A program made the position numbers and the translations under genes. Shown here one piece after another: positions 27,651 through 36,678 of a stretch of 64,000 nucleotides of DNA; positions within the stretch are counted from its first letter, which is position 1; the number at the start of each line of letters is the position of its first letter. The notes under the pieces are model-generated. The model saw nothing but the letters and a program-made list of their open reading frames with translations. It ran no database searches and had not been told where the DNA came from. The DNA comes from an uncultured Clostridia bacterium. GTDB lineage: Bacteria > Bacillota > Clostridia > Christensenellales > UBA1242. The stretch covers positions 1,799 to 65,798 of the forward strand of contig CANQRC010000001.1 of the NCBI GenBank assembly GCA_947626155.1, read 5' to 3'.

Positions 27651-30600
27651 TTATTTTTTTGACTTTTTGCCGTCAGTTTTGTTGTCTGTCTTGTCAGTTT
27701 TTTCTGTGTTTTTTGATTGGGATTTTTCTCTTTCTTTGTTTATTTTTGCCGAAGCCTTTTCAAGTTCTCTTCTCTTCATTTCGTCTTGAACATAGAACTT
27801 TCTTTCAAGTGACAACAAGTGTTCTGGGGTGGTAAGTTCGTCTTTTTGCTTCTTCAAAGTCTCAATTCTTTCGGCAATGACAGTTCTCTTTTGAGCAAAT
27901 GTCTTAAATTCTTTGTCGGTTGATTTTGAAACCTTTTTGCCGTCCTTAGAGCGAAGCGCAATAATCTTTTGCTTATGAGCGGCTTCAATCTTTTCAAGTT
28001 CTGCCTCAAATTTGCCAATCTCCTCAGTCTTTGCTGCAATTTCTTTTTCTTGCTCTTGTTTTGCGGCTTTCTTGATTGCGTCAATGTTGATGCTGCCCTT
28101 TCTGTCGTAGGTTTCTTTTCTCTTTTTCTCAATTTTCTTTATCTTAATCTTTCTTAAAATAAAGCCAACAACTGCAATCACAATTGCAAGGGCAGTTATA
28201 AGAGAAGGAATCAAAAGCCAGTTGAAGCCCTCGTCGTTTGAGGCTGGGGTGGTGGTGTCGGTGTCGGTATCAGAATCTGTGTCGTCGTCAGGCTGGGCGT
28301 CTTCGCTTCCGGATGCCTTTGCGACATATTTTGTGCCAACATATCCGTTTTGAGATGTTTCGCTTTGAGCGGTTTCATATTCCTTGGAAGTGATGCTATT
28401 GTCAAGATTTAAGTCACAAAGCACAAGATAACCTGATGTTGGGAAGTCGTTGCAGACAAGTGCAATATGAAGTTTTGCCGTTGTGGCCTCGTCTGGGTGG
28501 AAGTAAATTGAGTAAACAGGCAGGCCGTCTTTATCTAGGTCAAATTTCACGTTTGAAGTGTCAATTTCGGTCATGTAGTCAAAGCCTGTAAGGCCAACTG
28601 TTGCGCCGTAGTGATATTCTGTGTCCTTATCTTTTGCTTGGTCAGTTGTTTCATAATGGAATTTCGTGAGAAGTTTGAAAGACAATTTGTAATAATTATC
28701 TGAACTCAAATCAAACGAATAGTTGCTGTCAATTGTGTAAGAGCCGCCATTTTGAACTGAAATGTAGAAGAATGTCTTGTCTTTCATCTCTGACTTATAG
28801 AAGTTGTAGTTTCCGTTTGCAAACGCCTCACCTTTCACAAGTCCGCCCTTAATTTCGGAAGTGTAATCCTGAGATGGGGAGGTGGCTGAGCCAACATATG
28901 CAGGATAATTTTTGCCATTAACCTGTCCAAGGTCGCTTACTTCTTTGTTTGTTTGGAGATTGTAGTAGAAGTTTCCAAGGTCGGCTTTGCTGTTTGGGTT
29001 CAATTCTTCAAATTCTTCGGCGGAGAGGGTGCTTTCTTGCATTGAGAAGTTGTCAAAGAATGCGCTGCCCTTAACTTTTTCGCTGTTTGTTCCAAGGCTG
29101 AGCTTTACGCAAATTTCAGTTGAATTTTCAACATTTATTGTAACTTCAAAGTGTTTCCAAGCGCTTTCGCCTACAACTTTTGTGTTGTAGATTGAAAACT
29201 CTCCGTTTGTGGCAATTAGGTCAACATTCAACGTTGTGCCATTTGAAACATAATAGTCAAAAGCAATTGTTTTATAGCCTGTTTCAAGGGAAATGTTTGA
29301 AGAAGAAATTGATTGATAAGAACTTTCAACATTTGCAAGCATCAAAACATTGTTTGTTTGATTTTTCCTATTTGAAACTCTTCCTGGGTTTGTTCTAACA
29401 AAGTTTGCCCAATAATATGGGTTGTCGGGGCCTTTGTCGGTGTTGTTATTATAATTTTCAAAGTAGGTTGTCCAAAACTTTGTGTCTGTGTTGACAACGC
29501 CATAGAAAGCGTTTTCTCCTCTTGCGCCAGCCGTCCAATTGTCAGGGGTAGGGATGCCGCTTGTGGTGGTCATATTGTCAAAACTGCCGTTTGTAACGCC
29601 GTTGTCTTCGGTTTTTGTGTCTGAGCCAAGTTCAATTTTGTTTGTGCCGTTGTTATATTCTTCGGTTGTGGCTCTTTCTATTGTGATGTCATCAAAGAAA
29701 ACATATCCTGTGGCTGTTTCGGCGGCTGTTTCGCCATTTTTTGCCTTTCCAAGGGAAAGTGAAAGGTTTACTGCGCTCTTGAAAAGTGGGCCGCCCTTAA
29801 CATAAAATTCAACTGTTGAATATCTGTTTGTGAGGTTGTCAGAGCCGTTTGATGTTAGTGCGGAACTTAAAGTTTCGCTTGCAAAACTGTAGTTGTCTTT
29901 CAGGTCGCTGTAAGTTTCCAAAAGATAGTTTTGGTCTTCTGCCACTGAAACATAGGCGCTTCCTGTAAGATTTGAAACCTTGTAGAAAACTCTAATCTTG
30001 TAAATTGCATTTGGGTCAATTTCAATAGGCTTTATTGTTGTTATTTTTGAGTAATTTTTGTCAGCGCTCAAAACAAGGACATTGTTGTTTTCTTTTGACT
30101 CATATTGATTTGTCTTGCTGTTCCAAACAGTTTGTTTTGAAAGGTTTGTTCCAACATAGTTGTCTTTCAAAAGTTCATATCCAGAGTCTTTGTGATAAAT
30201 TTGTGCTCCACCTGCTGCGGCGAAATCTCTCTTCCAATATTTTTCAAGGTTTGTGTCCTCAAAGTCGAAGTTTCTGCCGCTCATATCAAGCGTTTCGTCT
30301 TTTCTTAAATCTGCAATTGTCACGCAGCTTTTTGTTCTGGAAGATATTACATTTCCTTCTGTGTCTCTTGTTTCCTCTGTGTAGGTTTTGGTTTTTTGGA
30401 AGTTTTTATAGGTGTCCCAGAAATAGTTTTCGCTGCACTTATAAAGGTGGCAGGCGTCATAGAAAACAACACCGCTGCTGCCAAAGTCTCTTGAGCCAAG
30501 CCACAATTCAAGGTTGACGCTTTGAGACTCATTTCCTGTTGCAACAAAGAAGTAAAAGTTTGTCCAGAACTTTGCCGTGGAGGAAATGCTGCAATCAACA

Positions 30601-31637
30601 TCTTTTCCGTCCTCGTCTTTGAGTCCGGCAACATACATAGAGCCAACTACAGGGTAGTTTTCATTTTCCAAAACCTTTTTTTGCTTGTAAATCCAAGGGC
30701 GTTCTGCTTCAGGGAGGTCAGAGGCTTTTATTAAATATTCTTTTCTTTCAATGTCATATTTAATTGGGCAGGTGTAGATTTTTGCGCCCTCGTTAACATA
30801 GAAAGTTCCGTTGTCGCCAGAGCCAACATATTGATTTTCAACATAAACAGGTGTTTTTGTTGTAACAGGCTCTTCTTTGCCCGTTGTTTCTTCCAAAATG
30901 AAACCAAAGTAGTCTTCATCTTGATAGAATCTTGTCACGTTTTCATAGTGCTGTGTGACTTTTTCTGTTTCAACAAGTTCTTTATAAATGTAACATTCCC
31001 CGCTGAGGCCAATTTCTGTTGGAGGGGTGTAGCGGATGTATTTATTAAAGCCAACGGTTGCACCGCCGTCTTCAGAGTAGCCAAATTGGGCTTGGGTGAT
31101 GTAGTCGTCTTGGGCAAGTTGTCGGACTTTTTCATATTCAGTGCGTTCTGTGTAGTTTGAGTCTGACGCAAATGCAACTTGGAAATAATAATAAGAATTT
31201 GCGTCCAGCGTGAGGTTGTTTTGATTGTAATAGCCCTTGTTCACCTCTTCGCCAACTGACTTTGAGTGTTTTGAGTTGATCATCAAAATGTAAGAATCTT
31301 TTTCGGCAGTGCTTGGATTGCTTCTAAGATAAAACCTATTTGAGCCATAATCTTGAAATCTGCTTCCTGTGGTGATGACGCCAGAGGTTGCTTTTCCGCC
31401 ATTTGGATTGTAAGAGTTCCACCCGGTGAAACTGTCATTGAGGCTGAAATTTGTTACACCAGAAGAGAAGTTGTTGTTTGTCATAGACTGTTCTTCGCGG
31501 CAAGCTAGGGAGTAGGTTTCTCTGGCGTAAGTAAGTGAAGGAGTTTGCAAGAGAATAATTCCCATTGCGCAAAGTGGCATAACAAGCGCCAGCAAGCCTA
31601 AAATAATTTTGTTTTTTAATGTCCTAAATTTCTTCAT
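27651..31637 (-). CDS. Large (1328 aa) type-I membrane-anchored surface protein with repeated CBM/galactose-binding-like modules and a cytoplasmic coiled-coil tail
   Basis: N-terminal signal/TM helix. Recurring beta-sandwich-entry motifs (FSLNDSFTGWN, FDFEDTNLEKYW, NGSFDNM...PDNWTAG, SAFFDNFSM). One C-terminal TM helix (LLIPSLITALAIVIAVVGFIL), then about 190 aa of K/E-rich heptad-like sequence. No LPXTG motif. Confidence 0.75.
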   Translation of the reverse strand: MKKFRTLKNKIILGLLALVMPLCAMGIILLQTPSLTYARETYSLACREEQSMTNNNFSSGVTNFSLNDSFTGWNSYNPNGGKATSGVITTGSRFQDYGSNRFYLRSNPSTAEKDSYILMINSKHSKSVGEEVNKGYYNQNNLTLDANSYYYFQVAFASDSNYTERTEYEKVRQLAQDDYITQAQFGYSEDGGATVGFNKYIRYTPPTEIGLSGECYIYKELVETEKVTQHYENVTRFYQDEDYFGFILEETTGKEEPVTTKTPVYVENQYVGSGDNGTFYVNEGAKIYTCPIKYDIERKEYLIKASDLPEAERPWIYKQKKVLENENYPVVGSMYVAGLKDEDGKDVDCSISSTAKFWTNFYFFVATGNESQSVNLELWLGSRDFGSSGVVFYDACHLYKCSENYFWDTYKNFQKTKTYTEETRDTEGNVISSRTKSCVTIADLRKDETLDMSGRNFDFEDTNLEKYWKRDFAAAGGAQIYHKDSGYELLKDNYVGTNLSKQTVWNSKTNQYESKENNNVLVLSADKNYSKITTIKPIEIDPNAIYKIRVFYKVSNLTGSAYVSVAEDQNYLLETYSDLKDNYSFASETLSSALTSNGSDNLTNRYSTVEFYVKGGPLFKSAVNLSLSLGKAKNGETAAETATGYVFFDDITIERATTEEYNNGTNKIELGSDTKTEDNGVTNGSFDNMTTTSGIPTPDNWTAGARGENAFYGVVNTDTKFWTTYFENYNNNTDKGPDNPYYWANFVRTNPGRVSNRKNQTNNVLMLANVESSYQSISSSNISLETGYKTIAFDYYVSNGTTLNVDLIATNGEFSIYNTKVVGESAWKHFEVTINVENSTEICVKLSLGTNSEKVKGSAFFDNFSMQESTLSAEEFEELNPNSKADLGNFYYNLQTNKEVSDLGQVNGKNYPAYVGSATSPSQDYTSEIKGGLVKGEAFANGNYNFYKSEMKDKTFFYISVQNGGSYTIDSNYSFDLSSDNYYKLSFKLLTKFHYETTDQAKDKDTEYHYGATVGLTGFDYMTEIDTSNVKFDLDKDGLPVYSIYFHPDEATTAKLHIALVCNDFPTSGYLVLCDLNLDNSITSKEYETAQSETSQNGYVGTKYVAKASGSEDAQPDDDTDSDTDTDTTTPASNDEGFNWLLIPSLITALAIVIAVVGFILRKIKIKKIEKKRKETYDRKGSINIDAIKKAAKQEQEKEIAAKTEEIGKFEAELEKIEAAHKQKIIALRSKDGKKVSKSTDKEFKTFAQKRTVIAERIETLKKQKDELTTPEHLLSLERKFYVQDEMKRRELEKASAKINKEREKSQSKNTEKTDKTDNKTDGKKSKK

Positions 31638-31775
31638 AAATCACCTTTTGCAAATATTTAAAGTATTAAACTATGATATTATAATACATCTGTTTGAAAT
31701 AATCAAATATTTTTTTCAAATTTATCAATAATATTGTTGAAGTTTTGCCCATTTTGGGCGTTTTTGGAAGGGTTT

Positions 31776-32165
31776 ATGGCAAAAAATAAGCAAAATGATG
31801 AAAAGTTGGGGTTAAAAAAGAAGTTGATTTTGTCCTTTTGTGGGATGGTTATTGGCTTTATTAACGGCTTTTTTGGGGGCGGAGGCGGCATGATTTGCGT
31901 TCCTCTACTTGAAAAGATGCTTCATCTTGACAACAAATATTCTCACGCGACAGCAATCGCGGTTATTCTTCCAATTTCTTTTGTCAGCGCCATAATTTAC
32001 ACGCTGGGCGGACACATTGAAACTGTGCCGTTTTTAACCGTTGGGATAGGCGTGCTTCTTGGCGGCGTGGCAGGCAGTTTTCTTTTGAAATTTTTGCCGT
32101 CAAAAACAATTAGGATAATCTTTGTTTTCGTCATGCTGGCAGGCGGAATTAGGCTTTTGTTTTAG
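31776..32165 (+). CDS. TauE/SafE-family anion exporter, N-terminal half-size subunit
   Basis: GFINGFFGGGGGMICVPLL motif and four predicted helices. GGAAGG RBS before ATG 31776. Confidence 0.72.
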   Translation: MAKNKQNDEKLGLKKKLILSFCGMVIGFINGFFGGGGGMICVPLLEKMLHLDNKYSHATAIAVILPISFVSAIIYTLGGHIETVPFLTVGIGVLLGGVAGSFLLKFLPSKTIRIIFVFVMLAGGIRLLF

Positions 32166-32173
32166 GAGGAAAA

Positions 32174-32536
32174 ATGGCTTACTTTTTTTACATTTTGGCA
32201 GGGTTTGTTTCTGGGATTTTTGGCGGACTTGGCATGGGCGGCGGAACGCTTCTTATTCCAATTCTCACCATCTTTTTAAACTTCGACCAAAAACTGTCGC
32301 AGGGCATAAATTTGTTGAGTTTTTTGGTGATGGCAATTTTTTCGCTATATATTCACTACAAAAACGGCTTCATTGTCACAAAAAACCTGTTTTGGATCAT
32401 CTTTTTTGGCGTGATTTTTTCTTGTTTGGGCGCAGTTTGCATGTCTTTTTTGCCCTCGAACGCTCTCAAAAAGGCTTTTGGCGCGTTTTTGTGCCTGCTT
32501 GCAGTGATAGAATTTATAAAAGTATTTAAAAAATAG
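32174..32536 (+). CDS. TauE/SafE-family anion exporter, C-terminal half-size subunit
   Basis: GFVSGIFGGLGMGGGTLLIPIL motif. AGGAGG RBS 8 nt after the upstream stop. Confidence 0.72.
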   Translation: MAYFFYILAGFVSGIFGGLGMGGGTLLIPILTIFLNFDQKLSQGINLLSFLVMAIFSLYIHYKNGFIVTKNLFWIIFFGVIFSCLGAVCMSFLPSNALKKAFGAFLCLLAVIEFIKVFKK

Positions 32537-32590
32537 TGGACAAATTCTTCTTTTTGTGTTATATTTATTACATCTTTAGCGAGGTGTATT

Positions 32591-32761
32591 ATGGTTGATA
32601 AAAACAAATGTATCAGTTGTGGAACTTGCGTTGCCATCTGCCCAGTTGGGGCAATTTCTTTCGGGAAAGACGGCAAGGCGGAAATTGACAAAACAAAGTG
32701 TATTCATTGCGGAGCGTGCCAGGCTTCATGCCCTGTTAGTGCCATTGATTTAGACGCATAG
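32591..32761 (+). CDS. 2x[4Fe-4S] ferredoxin (56 aa; absent from the supplied ORF track)
   Basis: Hand translation gives MVDKNKCISCGTCVAICPVGAISFGKDGKAEIDKTKCIHCGACQASCPVSAIDLDA. It contains two CxxCxxCxxxCP motifs. GAGGTG RBS at 32581-32586. Confidence 0.82.
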   Translation: MVDKNKCISCGTCVAICPVGAISFGKDGKAEIDKTKCIHCGACQASCPVSAIDLDA

Positions 32762-32769
32762 GAGGCTGT

Positions 32770-34251
32770 ATGGAAAACATTGCTTTTATTCAGTTTGACG
32801 AAAAGAAAGTCAAACTTCAAATCATTCAAAGCAGAAACGGAAGATATCGCGTTTTGGAAGAGGTTGAAAATCAAAAAGACATCACAGAAGAAGTTGTGAA
32901 AGACTGTCTTTTTTCTCCAAAAACCAAAGCGGAAATCTTGAAAATTTTAAATATTTACCGCTTCACAATAGAAACTTTTAAAGTTGAAAAAATGATTGCG
33001 TTTGCCTCCAACATTTTGGTTAAGGCGCGAAATTATCGCGGCTTTCTTGACGAAATTTACACAAACACAGGCATGAACTTCTTGATTGTTGGTGACGACG
33101 AACTTGTGAAGAATGTTTATCTTTCTTGCATGGCAAAAATTGACGCGTCAAAGGGCTATATTGTTGACATTGAAAGTTTCAACACCTACTTTTTGAAGTT
33201 TAACAGAAGAAATGTTGTGGAATATAATGTTATTCCTCATGGCTACAGCAACCTCTCTTCGGCAGGCATGACTTTTGACGAAATGGTTCAAACTGTTAAA
33301 AAAGAACTTAAAAAAGCATCCTTAGTAAAGAATTTTGAGGAGGATGTTGTGGTTGGCTGCGGCTCGGCATTTGTGGACATCTCAAGAATTGCAAAAAAAC
33401 TGACAAGATACCCAATTGACATAGACAACAACTATGAACTTACCACTGATGCCACTCAAAAAGTGGTTGAGTTTGTCAAGACGCTTGACCCTCAAAAGAT
33501 AAGCAAAATCAAGGGGATTGGACCTTATGGAACGCAGAGCATAAATGGCGGGCTTGCAATTGTTTCCGCGCTGTTTGAAATGATTAAATCTTCAACGGTC
33601 ACCGTTTCAACCGCAGAGCCTTTTGAAGGAGTTGTGCTTTCAAACTTGGTTGGCACGGCAAACGAAAAATATTCTGACCTGCTTCAAAACAGTTTGGATA
33701 GTTATTATGAATTCAAAAAAGAGGGGCTTGCAATAAATAATCAGGTTTATGAAATGGCAATTTTGCTGTTTAAACAACTTAAAGTTGTGCACAAACTGCC
33801 AAGAATTTATGTTAAGCCACTTAAAATTGCCGCTTATATGTATGACTGCGGCAAATTCATAAACTTCAAAGACAGCGCAAAGCACGCTTTTTACACTGTT
33901 TTGAACTCCAATATTGCTGGCGCGTCTCAAAAAGACATCCTGCTTGCCGCTTTTGCTTGCTCTTGCCAAAAACTTGACAACTTCAACTTGGCTGAGGTTA
34001 TGAAATACAAAGAAATTTTGACGGATGAGGATGTTGAGGCGGTTAGAAAACTTGGCGTTTTGGTAAACTTGGCTGTCAACCTCAACGCTTCAAGAAAAAA
34101 TGTGATAAACGACATTGTTTGCGACATTCTTGGAGACTCAATTATCATGAAGACGGTTGTCAACGCTGACCCATCATTTGAAATTATTCAAAGCATGAAA
34201 GTCTCGGATGATTTCAGAAAAACTTTCAAAAAGAGTTTGCAAATTATATAA
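32770..34251 (+). CDS. Ppx/GppA-family-like protein with degenerate catalytic motifs
   Basis: Length and layout fit Ppx/GppA, and the HD-like C-terminal half (MYDCGKFINFKDSAKHAFYTVLNS) resembles the family. The N-terminal DxGSNS position reads QFDEKK. Confidence 0.55.
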   Translation: MENIAFIQFDEKKVKLQIIQSRNGRYRVLEEVENQKDITEEVVKDCLFSPKTKAEILKILNIYRFTIETFKVEKMIAFASNILVKARNYRGFLDEIYTNTGMNFLIVGDDELVKNVYLSCMAKIDASKGYIVDIESFNTYFLKFNRRNVVEYNVIPHGYSNLSSAGMTFDEMVQTVKKELKKASLVKNFEEDVVVGCGSAFVDISRIAKKLTRYPIDIDNNYELTTDATQKVVEFVKTLDPQKISKIKGIGPYGTQSINGGLAIVSALFEMIKSSTVTVSTAEPFEGVVLSNLVGTANEKYSDLLQNSLDSYYEFKKEGLAINNQVYEMAILLFKQLKVVHKLPRIYVKPLKIAAYMYDCGKFINFKDSAKHAFYTVLNSNIAGASQKDILLAAFACSCQKLDNFNLAEVMKYKEILTDEDVEAVRKLGVLVNLAVNLNASRKNVINDIVCDILGDSIIMKTVVNADPSFEIIQSMKVSDDFRKTFKKSLQII

Positions 34252-34259
34252 TAAAGTTG

Positions 34260-34295
34260 AAAATCATTCTCAAACTAAGATTTGGGATGATTTTT
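34260..34295 (+). terminator. Weak hairpin / partial terminator
   Basis: AAAATCAT...ATGATTTT outer stem (34260-34267/34287-34294) with inner CAAA/TTTG, then a T-run. Confidence 0.35.
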
Positions 34296-34312
34296 ATTAA
34301 AAAAGGAAGTCC

Positions 34313-35524
34313 ATGGCAAAACAAAAAACTATGTCAAAAAACAAAAAGTTGTTTTGGATTATTTTCAGCATAATCCTTTCTCTTGCCGTGGTTTATATGT
34401 TTGTTGTGATTTATTTTTATTACATCTCTCCTACAAACATTTCTCTTAAGCTTGCCGTTTGGCCTTTTAACTCAGACAAAGCAATAGGCGAGATGTATGG
34501 TGAGGCGACAGTCCAAGTTGATTTTGAGTTTCAAGACCCTGAAAGCGGGCAGGTGTCTGAAAAATCTGCTGTGGGCGTAAATGTAAGAGAAAATGGCGTG
34601 ATTATTGCGCTTTATAAAGACTTTAGATATCTAAAGCAAAATTCAGAGATAACGGTAAGCACTTCAAACGGCGTCTATGGCGCAGATTTTGTGTATGGCG
34701 ACATAAATTACAACTTGGCTGTTTTCAAATGCCATAACAAGCCAGGAAGAACGGGTCAAATAAAAATTCCTTATGTCAACATTGCTTCACGAAGTCAAGT
34801 TTTGACCGGACAACAAGTTTTTGTTGTTTCCTCTCCAAAAGAGGAGGTGTTGTTTAGAAAAGGCACTCTGCTTGGAAGTTCAAAGTATGTTCATGGTGAG
34901 GATTGCGTCTTTTCAAATATGGTTGGAGTGGATTATGTGACTAAAGACGGCTATGTTTTTGCTTTCAGTGACGCTTCGGCTTATGTCGACTTCAAAGGTG
35001 GCGCAATTTTTGACAAAGCAGGGAATTTGTATGGGTTTTCTGTTGGTTACTATGCCGACGAGCTTGGTTTTGTGTTTGTTCCTTCTTACAATGCGAACAA
35101 ATTTTTGAATAAGGCTTTGGCGGCTTTTGGCACTGATGAGCCTTATGAAAATGTGCTTTTAAAAAACATGATGGTTGTTGATTTGTATGATATGGATTGT
35201 CACAAGCAGAAAAATCCAATTGACGGCTTCTATTTCAGCGAGACAAGAACGTGGGAGGGCTATACGGAGCAAATTGAAAAATATATTGACAACCGTGTTG
35301 ACAGCGTGTTTTTGATTAAGGATTTTGAACTTAACGAAGAGACCATTTTGCCAAAAGGGAGCGTTATTGTTTCAATTAAATTGGGCGGCGCAACCTACAA
35401 AATCTATGACAAATTGTGGTTTGTGGATGTGCTTTACATGGCGGAAAAAGGGCAAAAAGTTATAATAAATTATTCGACTGTTGATGCTACTGAGGAAATA
35501 CTTTCAAAAGAAGTTATTTTGTAG
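34313..35524 (+). CDS. Membrane-anchored trypsin/HtrA-like protein with a PDZ-like tail, apparently lacking the catalytic triad
   Basis: N-terminal TM helix and a chymotrypsin-fold-like spacing of motifs. These read ALYKDF, NLAVFK and FKGGAIFDKAGNLYGF where His, Asp and GxSGG are expected. Confidence 0.45.
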   Translation: MAKQKTMSKNKKLFWIIFSIILSLAVVYMFVVIYFYYISPTNISLKLAVWPFNSDKAIGEMYGEATVQVDFEFQDPESGQVSEKSAVGVNVRENGVIIALYKDFRYLKQNSEITVSTSNGVYGADFVYGDINYNLAVFKCHNKPGRTGQIKIPYVNIASRSQVLTGQQVFVVSSPKEEVLFRKGTLLGSSKYVHGEDCVFSNMVGVDYVTKDGYVFAFSDASAYVDFKGGAIFDKAGNLYGFSVGYYADELGFVFVPSYNANKFLNKALAAFGTDEPYENVLLKNMMVVDLYDMDCHKQKNPIDGFYFSETRTWEGYTEQIEKYIDNRVDSVFLIKDFELNEETILPKGSVIVSIKLGGATYKIYDKLWFVDVLYMAEKGQKVIINYSTVDATEEILSKEVIL

Positions 35525-35535
35525 GAGGTTTTATT

Positions 35536-36537
35536 GTGAGAAAAGTGAAATACGCAATTGAAATGGGCGGTGGCTACACCTGCATCTATGTGAAAGGCGA
35601 GGGGCTTGCATTAAAAGAGCCAAGCCTTATTGCTGCCGAGCCAACCGCGGACGGGTTCAAAGTTATTGCCATGGGAAATGATGCAAAAAAACTTGTTGGC
35701 AAAACCAAGGAAAATGTGGAAATTTTCACCCCTTGCGCTTATGGCGAAAACTCAAATTATGAGTATTCTGTCATTTTGCTGAAACATTTTTTAAGCAAAG
35801 TTGGCTTCAAAAGTTTTGAAGATAGGGCAATTTTTGTTGTGCCTTGCGGGCTTACTGCTCACGAAAAAGAAAACATCTTAAATGTTTGCGAGGGGGCAAA
35901 TTTGGGGCATGTTGTGCTTGTTCCATCCGTGCTTTGCTCTTGCGTGGGAGAGGGAAGAAACATTGACAGCAGCAAGGTGAACATGATTGTGGACATTGGC
36001 GGAACAGCAACCGACATTGCCGTCATCAATATGTCAAGCATCATTAAAGGCGCAACGGTTGGCATTGGCGGAAAGAGAATTGACGCCTCAATTGTAAACT
36101 TTTTGGCTTACAGCGAGGGGCTTGTGATTGGGCTTCCAACTGCCGAAATTTTGAAAAATGAAGTGGGAAGTTTGTATGAAAATGACACCTTGAACATGGA
36201 GGTCACAGGGGTTGATGTAGAAACAAAAACGCCAAAAACCGTGTGCCTGTTTTCTTCGGAACTGAGAAAGGCAATAGAGCCATTTTACAGCGAAATTGTT
36301 CGGGCAATTGACACCACAATAAACACTCTTCCACCTGAGATTGTGGCTGACATCATAAACAACAAAATTTTGATTGTTGGCGGCGGCGCAAAAATGCAGG
36401 GGCTTGATGACTATTTAAACAAACACCTAAAATATCCTTGCCAAATAAGCGAAGACGTTGACAATGTAACAATTCTTGGCGCAGGAAAACTTTTGTCAGA
36501 CAGCCAACTTCTTGACAATATAATAAAAAATTTGTGA
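35536..36537 (+). CDS. Divergent MreB-family actin-like protein
   Basis: EPSLIAAE, DIGGTATDIAV and IVGGGAKMQGLDDYL match MreB. The phosphate-1 motif is IEMGGGYT. GTG start follows an AGGAGG RBS. Confidence 0.78.
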   Translation: MRKVKYAIEMGGGYTCIYVKGEGLALKEPSLIAAEPTADGFKVIAMGNDAKKLVGKTKENVEIFTPCAYGENSNYEYSVILLKHFLSKVGFKSFEDRAIFVVPCGLTAHEKENILNVCEGANLGHVVLVPSVLCSCVGEGRNIDSSKVNMIVDIGGTATDIAVINMSSIIKGATVGIGGKRIDASIVNFLAYSEGLVIGLPTAEILKNEVGSLYENDTLNMEVTGVDVETKTPKTVCLFSSELRKAIEPFYSEIVRAIDTTINTLPPEIVADIINNKILIVGGGAKMQGLDDYLNKHLKYPCQISEDVDNVTILGAGKLLSDSQLLDNIIKNL

Positions 36538-36560
36538 GAATAAAAATTCTCACTTTTTTT
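36534..36560 (+). terminator. Rho-independent terminator
   Basis: 8-bp stem GTGAGAAT/ATTCTCAC with an AAAA loop and a T7 run. The stop codon lies within the stem. Confidence 0.7.
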
Positions 36561-36678
36561 GTTAAAAAATTAAATAAAAATTATTTTTTAAAGTGTTTTT
36601 TCGTCCCATTTTATCGAGGGAATAATTGTTTTATATTTTTGCTGATTTTTTTTAATTTTTTTGTATTTTTTTAAATTT

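Noticed and set aside
32356-32691. A 111-aa minus-strand ORF.
   Set aside because: It overlaps the end of the TauE half-gene and the clear ferredoxin gene on the + strand, and has no signals of its own.
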